Positions 1-11,574 of a stretch of 64,000 nt of DNA are shown here, piece after piece. The DNA comes from Adineta vaga. Taxonomy: Eukaryota; Animalia; Rotifera. Location of the stretch: the NCBI GenBank assembly GCA_021613535.1, contig CP075492.1, positions 7,564,001 through 7,628,000 of the forward strand, read 5' to 3'. Under the pieces are notes generated by a model. The model saw only the letters and a list, made by a program, of their open reading frames with translations, had not been told where the DNA came from and did no database searches. The position numbers were made by a program, and so were the translations under genes. Position 1 is the first letter of the stretch, and the number at the start of each line of letters is the position of its first letter.

Positions 1-133
1 TACTTATATCGTTCATATGTGACTAGACGATTTGTGATCGTTCTTCTTCTTTTTTCTTCTCGTCGTAGCTTTAAATAGAAACGTAGTTTTCATCATTCGA
101 TATTTATTTCTTGCGAACTAAAGTATTTTAATC

Positions 134-415
134 ATGTCATTTCAAGCTCCTTGCGATCGTCCAAATGCATCACCATTGGATAGACGTGGAACTGGTGCGT
201 ATAATATCAATGCTGGTATTGATTCAAGTATAATTAGCGATCCAGCACATCGTGGTACATTATCAACACCAGAATTGGAAGCTATTCATAAATCCGAAGG
301 TTATAAACAAGCCATGAAACATCAAGACGAAGATGATATTGAATTATCTGCTAAAATGAAATATATGTATCAAGCACAGAAACACGATGAACAACGAGAA
401 AAACGTGATAGATAA
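134..415 (+). CDS. Small hydrophilic protein of unknown function (93 aa, intronless)
   Basis: Clean ATG-TAA ORF with host-like codon usage; TATA-like TTTAAATA at ~70 and AATAAA at 479-484. No recognisable domain. Confidence 0.6.
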   Translation: MSFQAPCDRPNASPLDRRGTGAYNINAGIDSSIISDPAHRGTLSTPELEAIHKSEGYKQAMKHQDEDDIELSAKMKYMYQAQKHDEQREKRDR

Positions 416-656
416 CTTCTTTTTTTTTCTTTTTCAAAGTAGTCCTTGTCTGTATTTTATTATGTAATCATCGATATGAATAAAGATTAGCTTCTTATGA
501 AAGGATAGAACGAAAGAAAGAAAAAGATGTGGCAGTATAGTAGCGTATTACATGTGTTGATTATCTTAATAAGATGGAAATGTGTTTGTGACGTGGACAT
601 TTGTTTGTTATTTGTTGATAACTGTGCCAGAAAAGGAAACGCTATATATCTTAAGA

Positions 657-1403
657 ATGCTTCAACGAATAATTCTTGTTTATGGATGGATATTTTTTCT
701 TCAAATTGGAGAAGCAGTTAAAGAAATCATCGTAGAAAAACCTTTTTATCTTCGTGCTCGTGTTCATGATTCTCAAACGGCTAGTGTTCTCTTTGAAATT
801 GCTCGAGAAAATGATCAACGAGCATGTCATAACTACAAATTTACTATTCGTCGAAATCGAGAACCATTATACTCGATGCCCGAACAAAATTTAACATTTT
901 GGAGAAATTCATTGGAATTAAAACATTTAGATGCTGGTGAATATCGTATCTGCGCATTTATTTGTTCCGAACATTTACCACAAACAAATATGCGTCTTTC
1001 TCATCAACAAAAAAATCGTTCATTACCAATATCAGCTTGTGTAAATATTCACGCCTATCGATCACATTTTCTTATTTTAACACTTTATATACTTGTATTT
1101 ATTTTTTTGACTTTCTCACAAATTGTGTTTACATTACGAAAACGTGAATTTCGAGCACGAATTAAGTCTGCACTAGTTGAAGTAGAAAGTACGTTACAAA
1201 AATGGCGAAATATTCAAACACCATCAGCATCAGTTGATCATGCACAATCATATTCAATTCTTCAAAGTCTTGTTACATTACCCGCATCACCTATTGATCA
1301 TTCAAAAACGTCTTCATCACTTCAACCAACTACGCAATATGACCATCGATTATCACATCCCATTATTTTTCATATCGAAAATTCCACCTTAGAAATCCCC
1401 TAG
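657..1403 (+). CDS. Single-pass type I membrane protein with a small, possibly FN3-like ectodomain
   Basis: In-frame ATG at 657 gives a signal-peptide-like MLQRIILVYGWIFFLQIGEA. The ectodomain contains 'LELKHLDAGEYRIC'. A TM segment FLILTLYILVFIFLTFSQIVF is followed by basic RKREFRAR and a Ser/Pro-rich tail. Confidence 0.65.
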   Translation: MLQRIILVYGWIFFLQIGEAVKEIIVEKPFYLRARVHDSQTASVLFEIARENDQRACHNYKFTIRRNREPLYSMPEQNLTFWRNSLELKHLDAGEYRICAFICSEHLPQTNMRLSHQQKNRSLPISACVNIHAYRSHFLILTLYILVFIFLTFSQIVFTLRKREFRARIKSALVEVESTLQKWRNIQTPSASVDHAQSYSILQSLVTLPASPIDHSKTSSSLQPTTQYDHRLSHPIIFHIENSTLEIP

Positions 1404-1609
1404 TCGCATCTCAATATCGGTAGTGTTTTATCTTTAGAATAAAATCGTTTATTTTTGAAGTTAATGAAAGAAATTGATCTATATTAGTTCCTTCTCGTTT
1501 TTATTTCGAGGTAATTTCATTACAAGTACATGACGACGACAACAACAACAACAAAAAGAAAAGTAGTAGTAGGAGGAAAAAGAAGAGAAAAAAACAGAAG
1601 TGTCAATCA

Positions 1610-4600
1610 TTATTTCATATCGACATCATGATTTGAACCTTTGTGAACGTCAATAGAGAATTTATATTCATGATCACAACCCATATAAGCATCCGACATA
1701 AGATAAAGAATGTAATTATGTGTACCAGCGGATGGAGCAGTAAAATCTAAGACAACATCAGCTTTTTGTTGTAAAGTTAAACGTTTAATTGATATTAATG
1801 CATTGGTTTTCAATTCACCAATAACTAACCACCAACCTTCTTCACGTTTTTGTGGAAATAATGGTGCTATAACTGGACCAGAAACTTCATCAACACGTTC
1901 TAATGAAACATTAACATTGACTGTACTACCCGAAGTGACATCGTCTTTATCAGGTACTTCATAGGATACTTCAATATTTGGATAACGATTACAGAAACGA
2001 GCAACATCAGCTAATTTTGATGTACTTAATTTAAGTAAATCAACACGATCTTCATCTTGCATTTCCATTAAATCAAATACAGTTTCGATTTTCTTTTCTG
2101 TACATCGTTGAATAATTTCTGATGTAAAATGTGGTAATTGTTTTAAAAACGAATCTTTATTCCACATGGCTTGTGTAATCATTTGTGCTAATTCCATTGC
2201 TGCTAATGCAGGTGATAACCATCCATTTGAACTAAGAACATCAACACATGCTTGAATAAGTCGAATAGCTTTGATTAAAATTTCATCGGTATCCTTTTGT
2301 AATTCAGCTGATAATTGAATACGTGATAAATGTGCTTGAAGTAATAGATTTGCTTTCACATGAGGATCATTATATTTCACATTCGATAATTTATTTGGTA
2401 ATCGTGTAGAAAGCTGTTTCAAAATATTATCTTCATGATGACGAATTGGAATATGTTCGTATTCAGCAGCATTACCAATAATATCAAGTAATGTTTTGAT
2501 CTTTGCTTTAGCAGTTAATGATTTACTGAATAATTCAATTGTTCGATAATTAATATAATAATAGGCAGCAATCATACCAAGATTTAATGGTGATGTATCC
2601 ATTTCATTTTCAATTGCAATACACTAGAAAGCAAACAAAGACGATGATTTATATTTGTTTTTCTTTGAAAATTTAGACTTACTTTCGATTGTTCAAGATC
2701 ACCTAATGTATTTTCAACTAATTCTGATAAATGATCGGATAAATGTCGATGTGAAACACCTTGTAAATTATAATAATTTGGATTTTGTGTCATACGTCGA
2801 TAGAGTAATGTCCATGTTAAATAATCCACAGCATCTTGTTTATTTTCAACTGTTTTCGTAACAATTTCAGCATTGAAATGATCATGTAAACAATGATCAA
2901 GATGAGATTCCACAGGTAATGGTTCATAAAGAAATTTTTTAAAGAAATCCTTTTTTGAAGTTAAACACATGAGAACAACTTTAGCATCATTCTCTTTTAA
3001 TGGTCGATTAGCTCGACCAATCATTTGTAAAACATCAACAATTGGATAATCATCATATGTATGATCTTGTCCATTGTAATATTGAGTATCCATAATAATA
3101 ACCAAATATGAATAGAGATTTAATGTCCATAACATACTACGTGAAACAATACAAACTTGGAGAGCACCAGCTGTATATAATTCTTCAATAATTGTACGAT
3201 CTTTATGATTTAAACCCTCATGTAAATAGGCAACGCCTCGTGGTACAATTTCTTTCAATGTTTGATCTTCAAGTTCATTTGTAAATGGTTCAATCTCAGA
3301 TGCCGATATATGTAAAAATCGATCTTGTTTTTGTTCAGCAGCAGCAAATGTTAAGATATCAATAGCTGTCATACGTGATAATTTACGTGATGGAACGAAA
3401 ACAATCACTGGTTGAATAGGCGAATGACGATTAATAGCTTGATAAACAGGTTTTGCCATTGCAATTAAACGTGATGCATTATGTGTCATATTAAAACCTT
3501 GAATATGTAATTCAAGTTGAACTGGTCGAACACTTGGCCGGAAATTGAATGTAGCACTGGTACTACAACCAAGCCATTGAGCAATATCTTTGGCATTAAG
3601 TATCGATGTAGACATGGCAACTATACGAATGTTACGACCAATTTGTGAACTCATATAACGCATACGAGAACAGATTATTTCCAGAACAGGTCCATCATCC
3701 GAACCAATTACATGTAAATCATCGACAATGAATAAATTAACATTTTGAACATTTTTTCTTTGTTTCCATCGACGTGACAGAATATCCCATTTTTCTGGTG
3801 TTGAAATAATGATATTTCCTTTAGCAATTAACTTCAAATCTGTTGCTGTTTCTCCCGTAAGTAAAACAACTGTTCGACCAATTGTACTAAAACGTCGATG
3901 CCAATCTTGTCGAACTAATTCAGCTAATTCTTCTTTCGGTGTAACATAGACACATTTCGGTTCAGGATTTTCTTTTAATTTTTCAGCCGAAAATAATCTT
4001 AACATTGCAAATTCGGCACAGATTGTTTTCCCACAACCAGTTGAAGCACCCAAAAATACATTATCATCAGAATTATATAATGTATTAAAGACTTGTGTTT
4101 GAATTCCATTGAAGTATTTAAAATCATATAATTCTTCATAATTCACATTTCGTAATGCATTCACCGGTAAAGGTTGAAGATCTAGAAGTTCTGTTGGGGC
4201 TGGATGTTTTTCAGGTAGGATTAAATGACGAAATGATACAGCTACTTGACTTTCTGAAGCAATCCATTTATCCGATATAACACGAATGAAATATTGTGGT
4301 GGTAAAGTTTCAAAGACTGGTGCGAAGAATTTTACATAATGATCATCTTCACAATATTTTCTAAAACACAAAAAACGTCGAAATATTGATTTGCTTAAAA
4401 TAATATAGAACTTACTTTTTCAGAAGGAAATATTCATGATGAAGTAAGATTTCAGAATCGACATCTTCTACTAAAATCCAAAAAGGTTCAGCCATGCCAT
4501 GAATTTTATCATCCCATTGAAAATCTGGCGTGATTGTTAATTGAACTTCTAATGTGGATCGTGTAATAGGTAGAACATGTACATTTAATTCAAGTTTAGG

Positions 4601-7600
4601 AACATGATGAATATATTTGTAGATAGTTTTACCAACTTTTGGTGCACGAACCAATTCACCTATCTCAGGCGCATCCAAATCATAAAATCGATCCCATGAA
4701 ATATTTTTCTTTTCAATTTTTCGAATAATTTCTTCAGGAATCTTCTTAAATTGTCGTAATGGACACATACTTTGCCACATTCGTTTATCAATCATTTTCG
4801 ATAAATTTATTGTTTTATCTACTAATTGTGCCCAACCTCGTAGAAGTACCATTTCAAAAATAGCTCGCATCAATCGTCCTGCACTTTGAGTTATATAAAC
4901 CATATCTGACATTAATGCAAAACCATCAAGTTTCAATTGTGAAATATATGCTTGTAAAAGAACATTGATTTTCGCACTTGGTTCATCAATACTTTCTTTA
5001 ACAGGTATTGGTACACGTTCAAGTAATTTTTGTAGTTCAATTTTTTCTTCTTCTCGAACAGTTATATGACGAAATTCGGATGAGAGAGAAAATATACGAA
5101 ATAAGTCAATTTCACTAAGTGTTGGCTTTAATAATTGATTGTACATAGCAATTGTTTCATGTGTACAATAATAATGACTTGCAATGCGACCATGTTCGGT
5201 GGCTTGAAAATTACCAGTTTTACGATCATAACGAATAAGATGAGCTTTATCTAATTGTATAGCAGCAGAATGAATTAAATCTAAACGTCGTTGAAGAAGA
5301 TATTTATCAACTACTAATGATTCATTTGAAACACCATATAATTGCGGTTCTTTTATCATTCGAACATATAAATAAGTATAACTAAGCCATTCAGCTGCTT
5401 CACGAATATTTTGAACTGTACCAAGAACAATTTCTGCATTGAGATTATCGACTAATTTTGAAATCATTTGACTTTCAATTGGAAGTTGTTGATTCATTAA
5501 TGATAAATAGTATTGTAATTCATTATGACTTGTAATTAAAATACCTTGACCACGTGTATCATATTGTGGACGACCTGCACGACCAAGCATTTGCATCACA
5601 TCGAGTGCACCTAATTCAGTCCATCGACCTTTTTCAGGACTATAAACTTGTGTACCTTTAATAATAACTGTATGTGCTGGAAGATTAACACCCCAAGCAA
5701 GTGTTGCTGTAGATACAAGTACTTGAATGTGTCGTTCAGCAAAAAGATCTTCGACTAAAGTACGATCAGCTCGATTCATACCAGCATGATGAATAGCAAA
5801 GGAATATGGAAAAAGATCTTTTAATTCCAAATTTTTCGTTTGTTCAGCTTCAGTTCGAAGAATTTCTTGAGAAGCAGAACCGTCTTTGAGAAATGCGCCA
5901 ATCGTATCCTTTTCTAAGCATGCATCTCGTATAGCTCGTGCTGTTTTTCCTGTTTCTTTTCGAGAATGAACGAAAACAAGAACCTATCAAAATAAAGTGA
6001 ATGAACAATGAAAACTTTAGAATTGAAAAACAACTAGCTAGTTAATCTTACTTGATTTTTTCCTGCATGTTCCATAATCTTATCATAGACAAGATCATTC
6101 ATTATTTGAAATCGTTTGATAGCTTTCTTTTCTGTAATACCAATATATTGTTGTTCAAGTGGTACAGGTCGAAAACTGTTATCGAAATGAAATAAACCTT
6201 CACGTTTAACATTTAAAAATGTAGCTACATCTTCATAATTTGGTAATGTGGCACTTAAACCAACGAAACGAACAGCATCTTGTGTAGTTTCAATGGTACG
6301 AATGGTTCGTGCAATGATTGCTTCAAGCACAGGACCGCGATCATCATGTAAAAGATGCACTTCATCAAGAATAATTAAACGAACTAATTGAGTAAAGGAA
6401 CGTTCACCACCTTTACGAGTGATAATATCCCATTTTTCAGGTGTACACACGATTAATTGAGTTTCATTGATTTGTTCACGGGATAATTGATGATCACCGG
6501 TTAATTCAGCGACTTTTAATCCGAATGGATTTAAACGTTTTGTAAAATTTCCAACAACTTCTTGGACAAGTGATCTCATTGGAGCAACATAAATCATTTT
6601 AAATTCATCTACATTAATCGTTCCATCAGACATCACATGTTTACCAATTTCACGTAAAATACAAAGTAAAGCAACATTAGTTTTACCAGCACCGGTAGGA
6701 GCACATAGAAGAATATTCTCATCGGATTCTAATGTTGCTTTAACCATACGTGTTTGAATACGATTCAAAACTTTGTAACCTTCGAATGCTGGTTGAGCGT
6801 ACTTTGGTAAATTGGAAATTGGATAGAGAATCTCGCCGGGATCGAGTGCTGATTGTTTTAAAGCAGGCACATGAACTTCTTCGTATCCTTTCTTCTGTAT
6901 ACGAAATGAACCATCAGGTAATCGACAACTTTTATTGGCCATAAAATGACTTCCTTGAACAAATGTTAAATCTTCTAAATTCACGACATGTTGTGGATTG
7001 TTCGATGTCTAGAAAAAAGAAGAAAAATCAATTTTCCTAAAATTTAAATGCATCTTTTTATTTTACTTCAACAGTTTCGATTTCCATTTCTTCTTGATTA
7101 CCATCGTCAGCACGATGTTTTTTCGATGATACACGACGATCACGATCATCCTATTGATTGCAAAAAGAAAACAAAGATAAAAGTATTTCACGATACAAAA
7201 ATAAAAACAAGAGACTAACTTGAGCTGTATCATTTCGATCAGTTTCTGATAATGCTTGTAAAATCCAAACTAATTCGGGATCATTGCGCATTTTTTCTTC
7301 TATCTTAGCTTTTTCAGAAGCACTTTGTGAAGAAAGAAGTAATGTACAATAAAGAACTAAAAGAAAAATAGATCAATCAATTTCTATGATTAACTCTTTC
7401 ATTTCGACATCGAAACTTACTCATATGTTTATTTGTTGTTAAAGTTTTAATGAAATCAAATTGTTCATAACCAAGTAAGATAACAAGTTGATTTTCTAAT
7501 TCACGATCATCTGATGCTGTTTGAAGAATTTCCAAAACTTCTTGTGCTTTTAATTTTGCATCTGTTGCTTCGGCATAAACTTTACTTAAATTTCGTTGTA

Positions 7601-8768
7601 ACCAAAAGGCATCAATTGAATGTGGTTGTAGACCTTTACTTGGACGGGAGAAATCATCACTTGTACCCTAATAAAGAAGAGTTTCGATTACTATGTTTAA
7701 TATAAGATTTTGCTAAGAACTACTCTACAAAAATAGATGGAACTTTGTGAAACATCTGAATCGGAAAAATAAGATGGAAATAGTTGTTTCTAATTGTGAC
7801 TCATGATATGTTGTGTATGATGATCTGTACTGAAGCAATTATTGAAAAATACGTACCGATTTATTGACATTTTTTTCTTGGATCGTATAATCCATGTTGG
7901 CTTCTTCACCTTCAGATAAATCTCCGTCATCATCTCGTACTTCATCATCATCACCTTGATCTTCATTATCTGAATCATCAAATCCAACATTGACACCATA
8001 TGTTTCATCAATTTCATCACCTAAAACAAAGCAAAGATAATTAATATCTATCAACATTGTTTTTTTTTCTTCTATTCAACAAACCATCTTTTCCACTTTT
8101 GTCATCAATTGTCCAATCGGAGATTTTCTTTCCAAGATTGATGAGAAATGCAAAGCGTTGTTCAGGAATTTTCGTGCTTAATAATGCTTCAATTTCATTC
8201 TTACGATCTTTATCACGTAGTTTATCATTTTTCAATAAGATTAATATTTCATCAGCTGCACCACAGAGAATACTTCGTGCTTGATCACCAATAGCTTCTT
8301 GTATGAAACCAAGTAAAACTTCATAGGTCTGTTTTGTTTCTTGCGTTTTTGGTCGATACAATATACTTGATGCATCATCGGCTGCATCATCAAGTAATGT
8401 TTGTCCTTTAAATCGTCCAACATCGTATTTTGACGCATGATCATCATCTTTTTTTTGTTTTCTATGGAAAAAGAAACAAGATTAAGTCTAAATACAAAAC
8501 AATAAAATCGTTCTACGTACTTATTACTACGTTCTGGTCGTGTACGTTGAGCACGATCACCCATTTTAGTACCTTTCAGATGAGTTGAAAGCGATAAAAC
8601 TTCACCGGTAGCTTCGTTACGTCCCCGCCGATCAATTAAAGATTTATCTGCTTGTAGGACTAGATTGGAATTCTAAATTCAAGAAAACTTTTTAGTAGAG
8701 TTCATACATTCGTCGTTACTTACCGCTTTATATTCATACTGTGCACGACGAGCAGTTTCATCGGCCAT
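1610..8768 (-). CDS. SNRNP200: U5 snRNP 200 kDa helicase (Brr2), multi-exon
   Basis: N-terminus [15 protein letters not shown]|NSNLVLQAD (ATG at 8768). Two Ski2-like helicase cassettes ([20 protein letters not shown] and [20 protein letters not shown]), each followed by a Sec63 domain. ORF-track fragments join through GT-AG introns. Confidence 0.98.
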
Positions 8769-9729
8769 CGTTTACGTCAATAATCTAGAAATTGAGCAAA
8801 ATACGTAGTTATTTCACTCTATGAAATTTCACGTAGATTATTTCAAAATAACTCTGTCATAATAAATGCAGATGCAGTGCAATGCAAGATAGTATTAACA
8901 AAGAAAGTGAAACTTCATTGGAGAGGTCAAGATCGATTCAGTTGCCGGTTTATAACTTCATAACGTACACGCACGACATCTATCAATGCTCTCTTTCTGT
9001 TCAATAGATCTGAATATCAACGTAGGATATCGGTATATTGCAATCAACACAACACAGAAAACTTGTCCTTTTCGCAATATCAAATACAGTATTCAATGTT
9101 ATTTTTTTGAATCAATAAGTCATTGTGTTGTCTAATAGATTGAAGTCATCGATTTTACTTAGCGAAATATTTTCTTAATTTTCATTAGCTTTCCATTTAT
9201 ACACACTTCGAGATTTCATACTGCATGAATAATCTTCTTAACTGACACATATACTTCATCAATAGGTTATAAAACTATGTAAGTGTCATTAATTGACGAA
9301 ATTTATATCAAAAGAAAAAGTGGTACTTATAAATCTGAAGGTTATTCCTTTTACATTTACCTATTATGATGTCTTTTTTTCTTCGATTAATTTCACTACT
9401 GCATTATTAACAAGAGAGAAAAAAAGGAGAACACTATCCTAGAACGAGACAATCATCGTCGGTATTCTCTCTTTCTTTTTTCTTTCATTTCCTTATATTC
9501 TCATTAGAAAACCTTGAACGAAAGGTCACATGATGGTATTCAGCTGTTTCTCTCTTCTTTTTTCTTCTTATATAATTATATGTATGATTATGTTGAACAT
9601 TATATAGACGAGAAAACGACAATAACATATAAAAATTAATTTCATTCGCACATTTCATTGTAGGAATATATAAGGAAATAGATGGTTCTAAAAAGAAACA
9701 AATAAAGATTAATGATTATGTAGGAACAA

Positions 9730-11331
9730 ATGTTGCCAATATTTTGTAAACAATTTTCAAAGTAAGTTTATAGAAATACTATGAATTTTCAATCAGCACT
9801 ATATCGACTCGAATTTCTTTTTGAGGACACGATTGTTGGTCATCATTGCAGTTGTAACCTTCATTATTTTACTAATTCCAGGAATTATTCTACTTCTATT
9901 AACAAGTATAAGTATGTAAATTAACTAATAGCAGAAACACATGATTGTGTACTTACGTTTCATCCCATAGAACCTTGCTTATTTATCAAATGTCATATAA
10001 AAGCTTCTCAATGTATTAATCGATGGCCATTCAAAGCACAATGTATCTGCAGTGAAGATACAACTGGCAATGGTCGAACAGTTTGTGATGGTAACTTATG
10101 TCTATGTTGTGTTTTAAAATTCTTATCTAGAAAATTTTTACTTCTTTCTTGAAGAATGTGGAATAAGATATGATGTGCCTAATGCACGTATTATTGGAGG
10201 AGAAAATGCTATTCCAAATAGTTGGCCATTTAGTGTTCTTATTCGTCAACATTACAAGAGTTTCGTTTCCATAGATGGTAAACCTTATTTAGTAAGTTAA
10301 TACTTGATTATTGATTGTGAACTTTTGTTGTTCTATCATATATAAAGATTTCACCAACGTGGATGTGCGGTGGAACATTAATTAATCATAGAACGATTTT
10401 AACTGCGGTGAGAGATTTTTTGAATGGATAATGCAACCATCATCGAATAAACTATTCTAGAGTCATTGTTTGAAAACAACCGGTGATATGTAAGTCTTAG
10501 ATAAAGATCAAAGGAGGAGATGCAGTTTCCTCTTTCATTTTATAGGTTCGAATATGAATCTTTGGAATATCCAATTATCTGGAATGATTTTTATCCAAAC
10601 ATAGAAAGTGTAAGATACAATTTCGAGAATATCTTTTTATCTGAAGTTTCTTATTTAGACAATAGAAGTAACCTTAGGTATATACGATCGTCGGAAACAA
10701 TCTGGTCAACGTCGTGTCAAAGTGATTGAAGTGATACGAGTAAATAATTTCTTTTGATTAAATAGCGAGTTTTCTTTGTTTCATTTCAGCATCCATCTTT
10801 TGATGAAAGAAATTTACATAATGATATCGCTATACTTAAACTTGCTGAATATCTTCGACCATCACGGATGCTTCAATTTGCTTGTCTATCGAACACATCT
10901 CTAGACGTTAATCTTACAGGCATTGCTGTTGGCTTTGGTGATACAATTCCAGGTGCCAATAGAGGTTATATAAACTAATAAAGGCTAAGATGTTTGTGAA
11001 AGAATTTCAATCTGATTTTTCAGGTTCACTTCTTCTTCAACAAGTTAATCTAACTATATATCCAAATGATTACTGTTCAAATGTAGCAGCATCAATAGTG
11101 AAGGATTGGAAGATGCAATTATGTTGTGGTGATCTCCTAGGTGAAAGGGACGTATGTCATGGAGACAGTGGTAGCGGTCTATATGTTGAACGAAATCTTT
11201 CGTCTATTAATCGATATACAATTGATGGTATTGTTTCGTATGGTGAACAATGTGCTACTCCAATGAAACCAAGCATTTATACACGAGTATCGAATTATAT
11301 CGATTGGATTCGAGAAAATAGTGATTTTTGA
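9730..11331 (+). CDS. Type II transmembrane trypsin-like serine protease with an EGF-like domain, multi-exon; start uncertain
   Basis: TM segment LLVIIAVVTFIILLIPGIILLLL (~9833-9900); Cys-rich EGF-like exon (9971-10090); activation site R|IIGG (~10186); catalytic TA|SHC, DIAILKL and GDSGSG; Asp at the S1 position (RDVCHGDS). Confidence 0.9.
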
Positions 11332-11574
11332 TGTTTAAAGAAGTTGATAAAAAAAAGGATACCTATTAGCTGTTTCATCTAAAAATACCGTACTTATAGT
11401 AAGCAAATTATTTTCTACCGACATAAAATGATTCATTGTATTACTTCTCCAATAACATGCGTCTTGCAAGTTTTGTTTTCTTTTATTTTATTGGGGGAAA
11501 AAACCAAATGACTCAGGTGAATATTATTTAAATAGAAATCTAGTTGAAAATATAAAGAAAATTTATTTTAAAGA

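Noticed and set aside
7668-7856. Longer-than-usual SNRNP200 intron as a snoRNA host (ATGATGA..CTGA visible)
   Set aside because: The ATGATGA box is on the strand antisense to the host gene and only ~5 nt from the CTGA; no convincing C/D or H/ACA layout on the sense strand.
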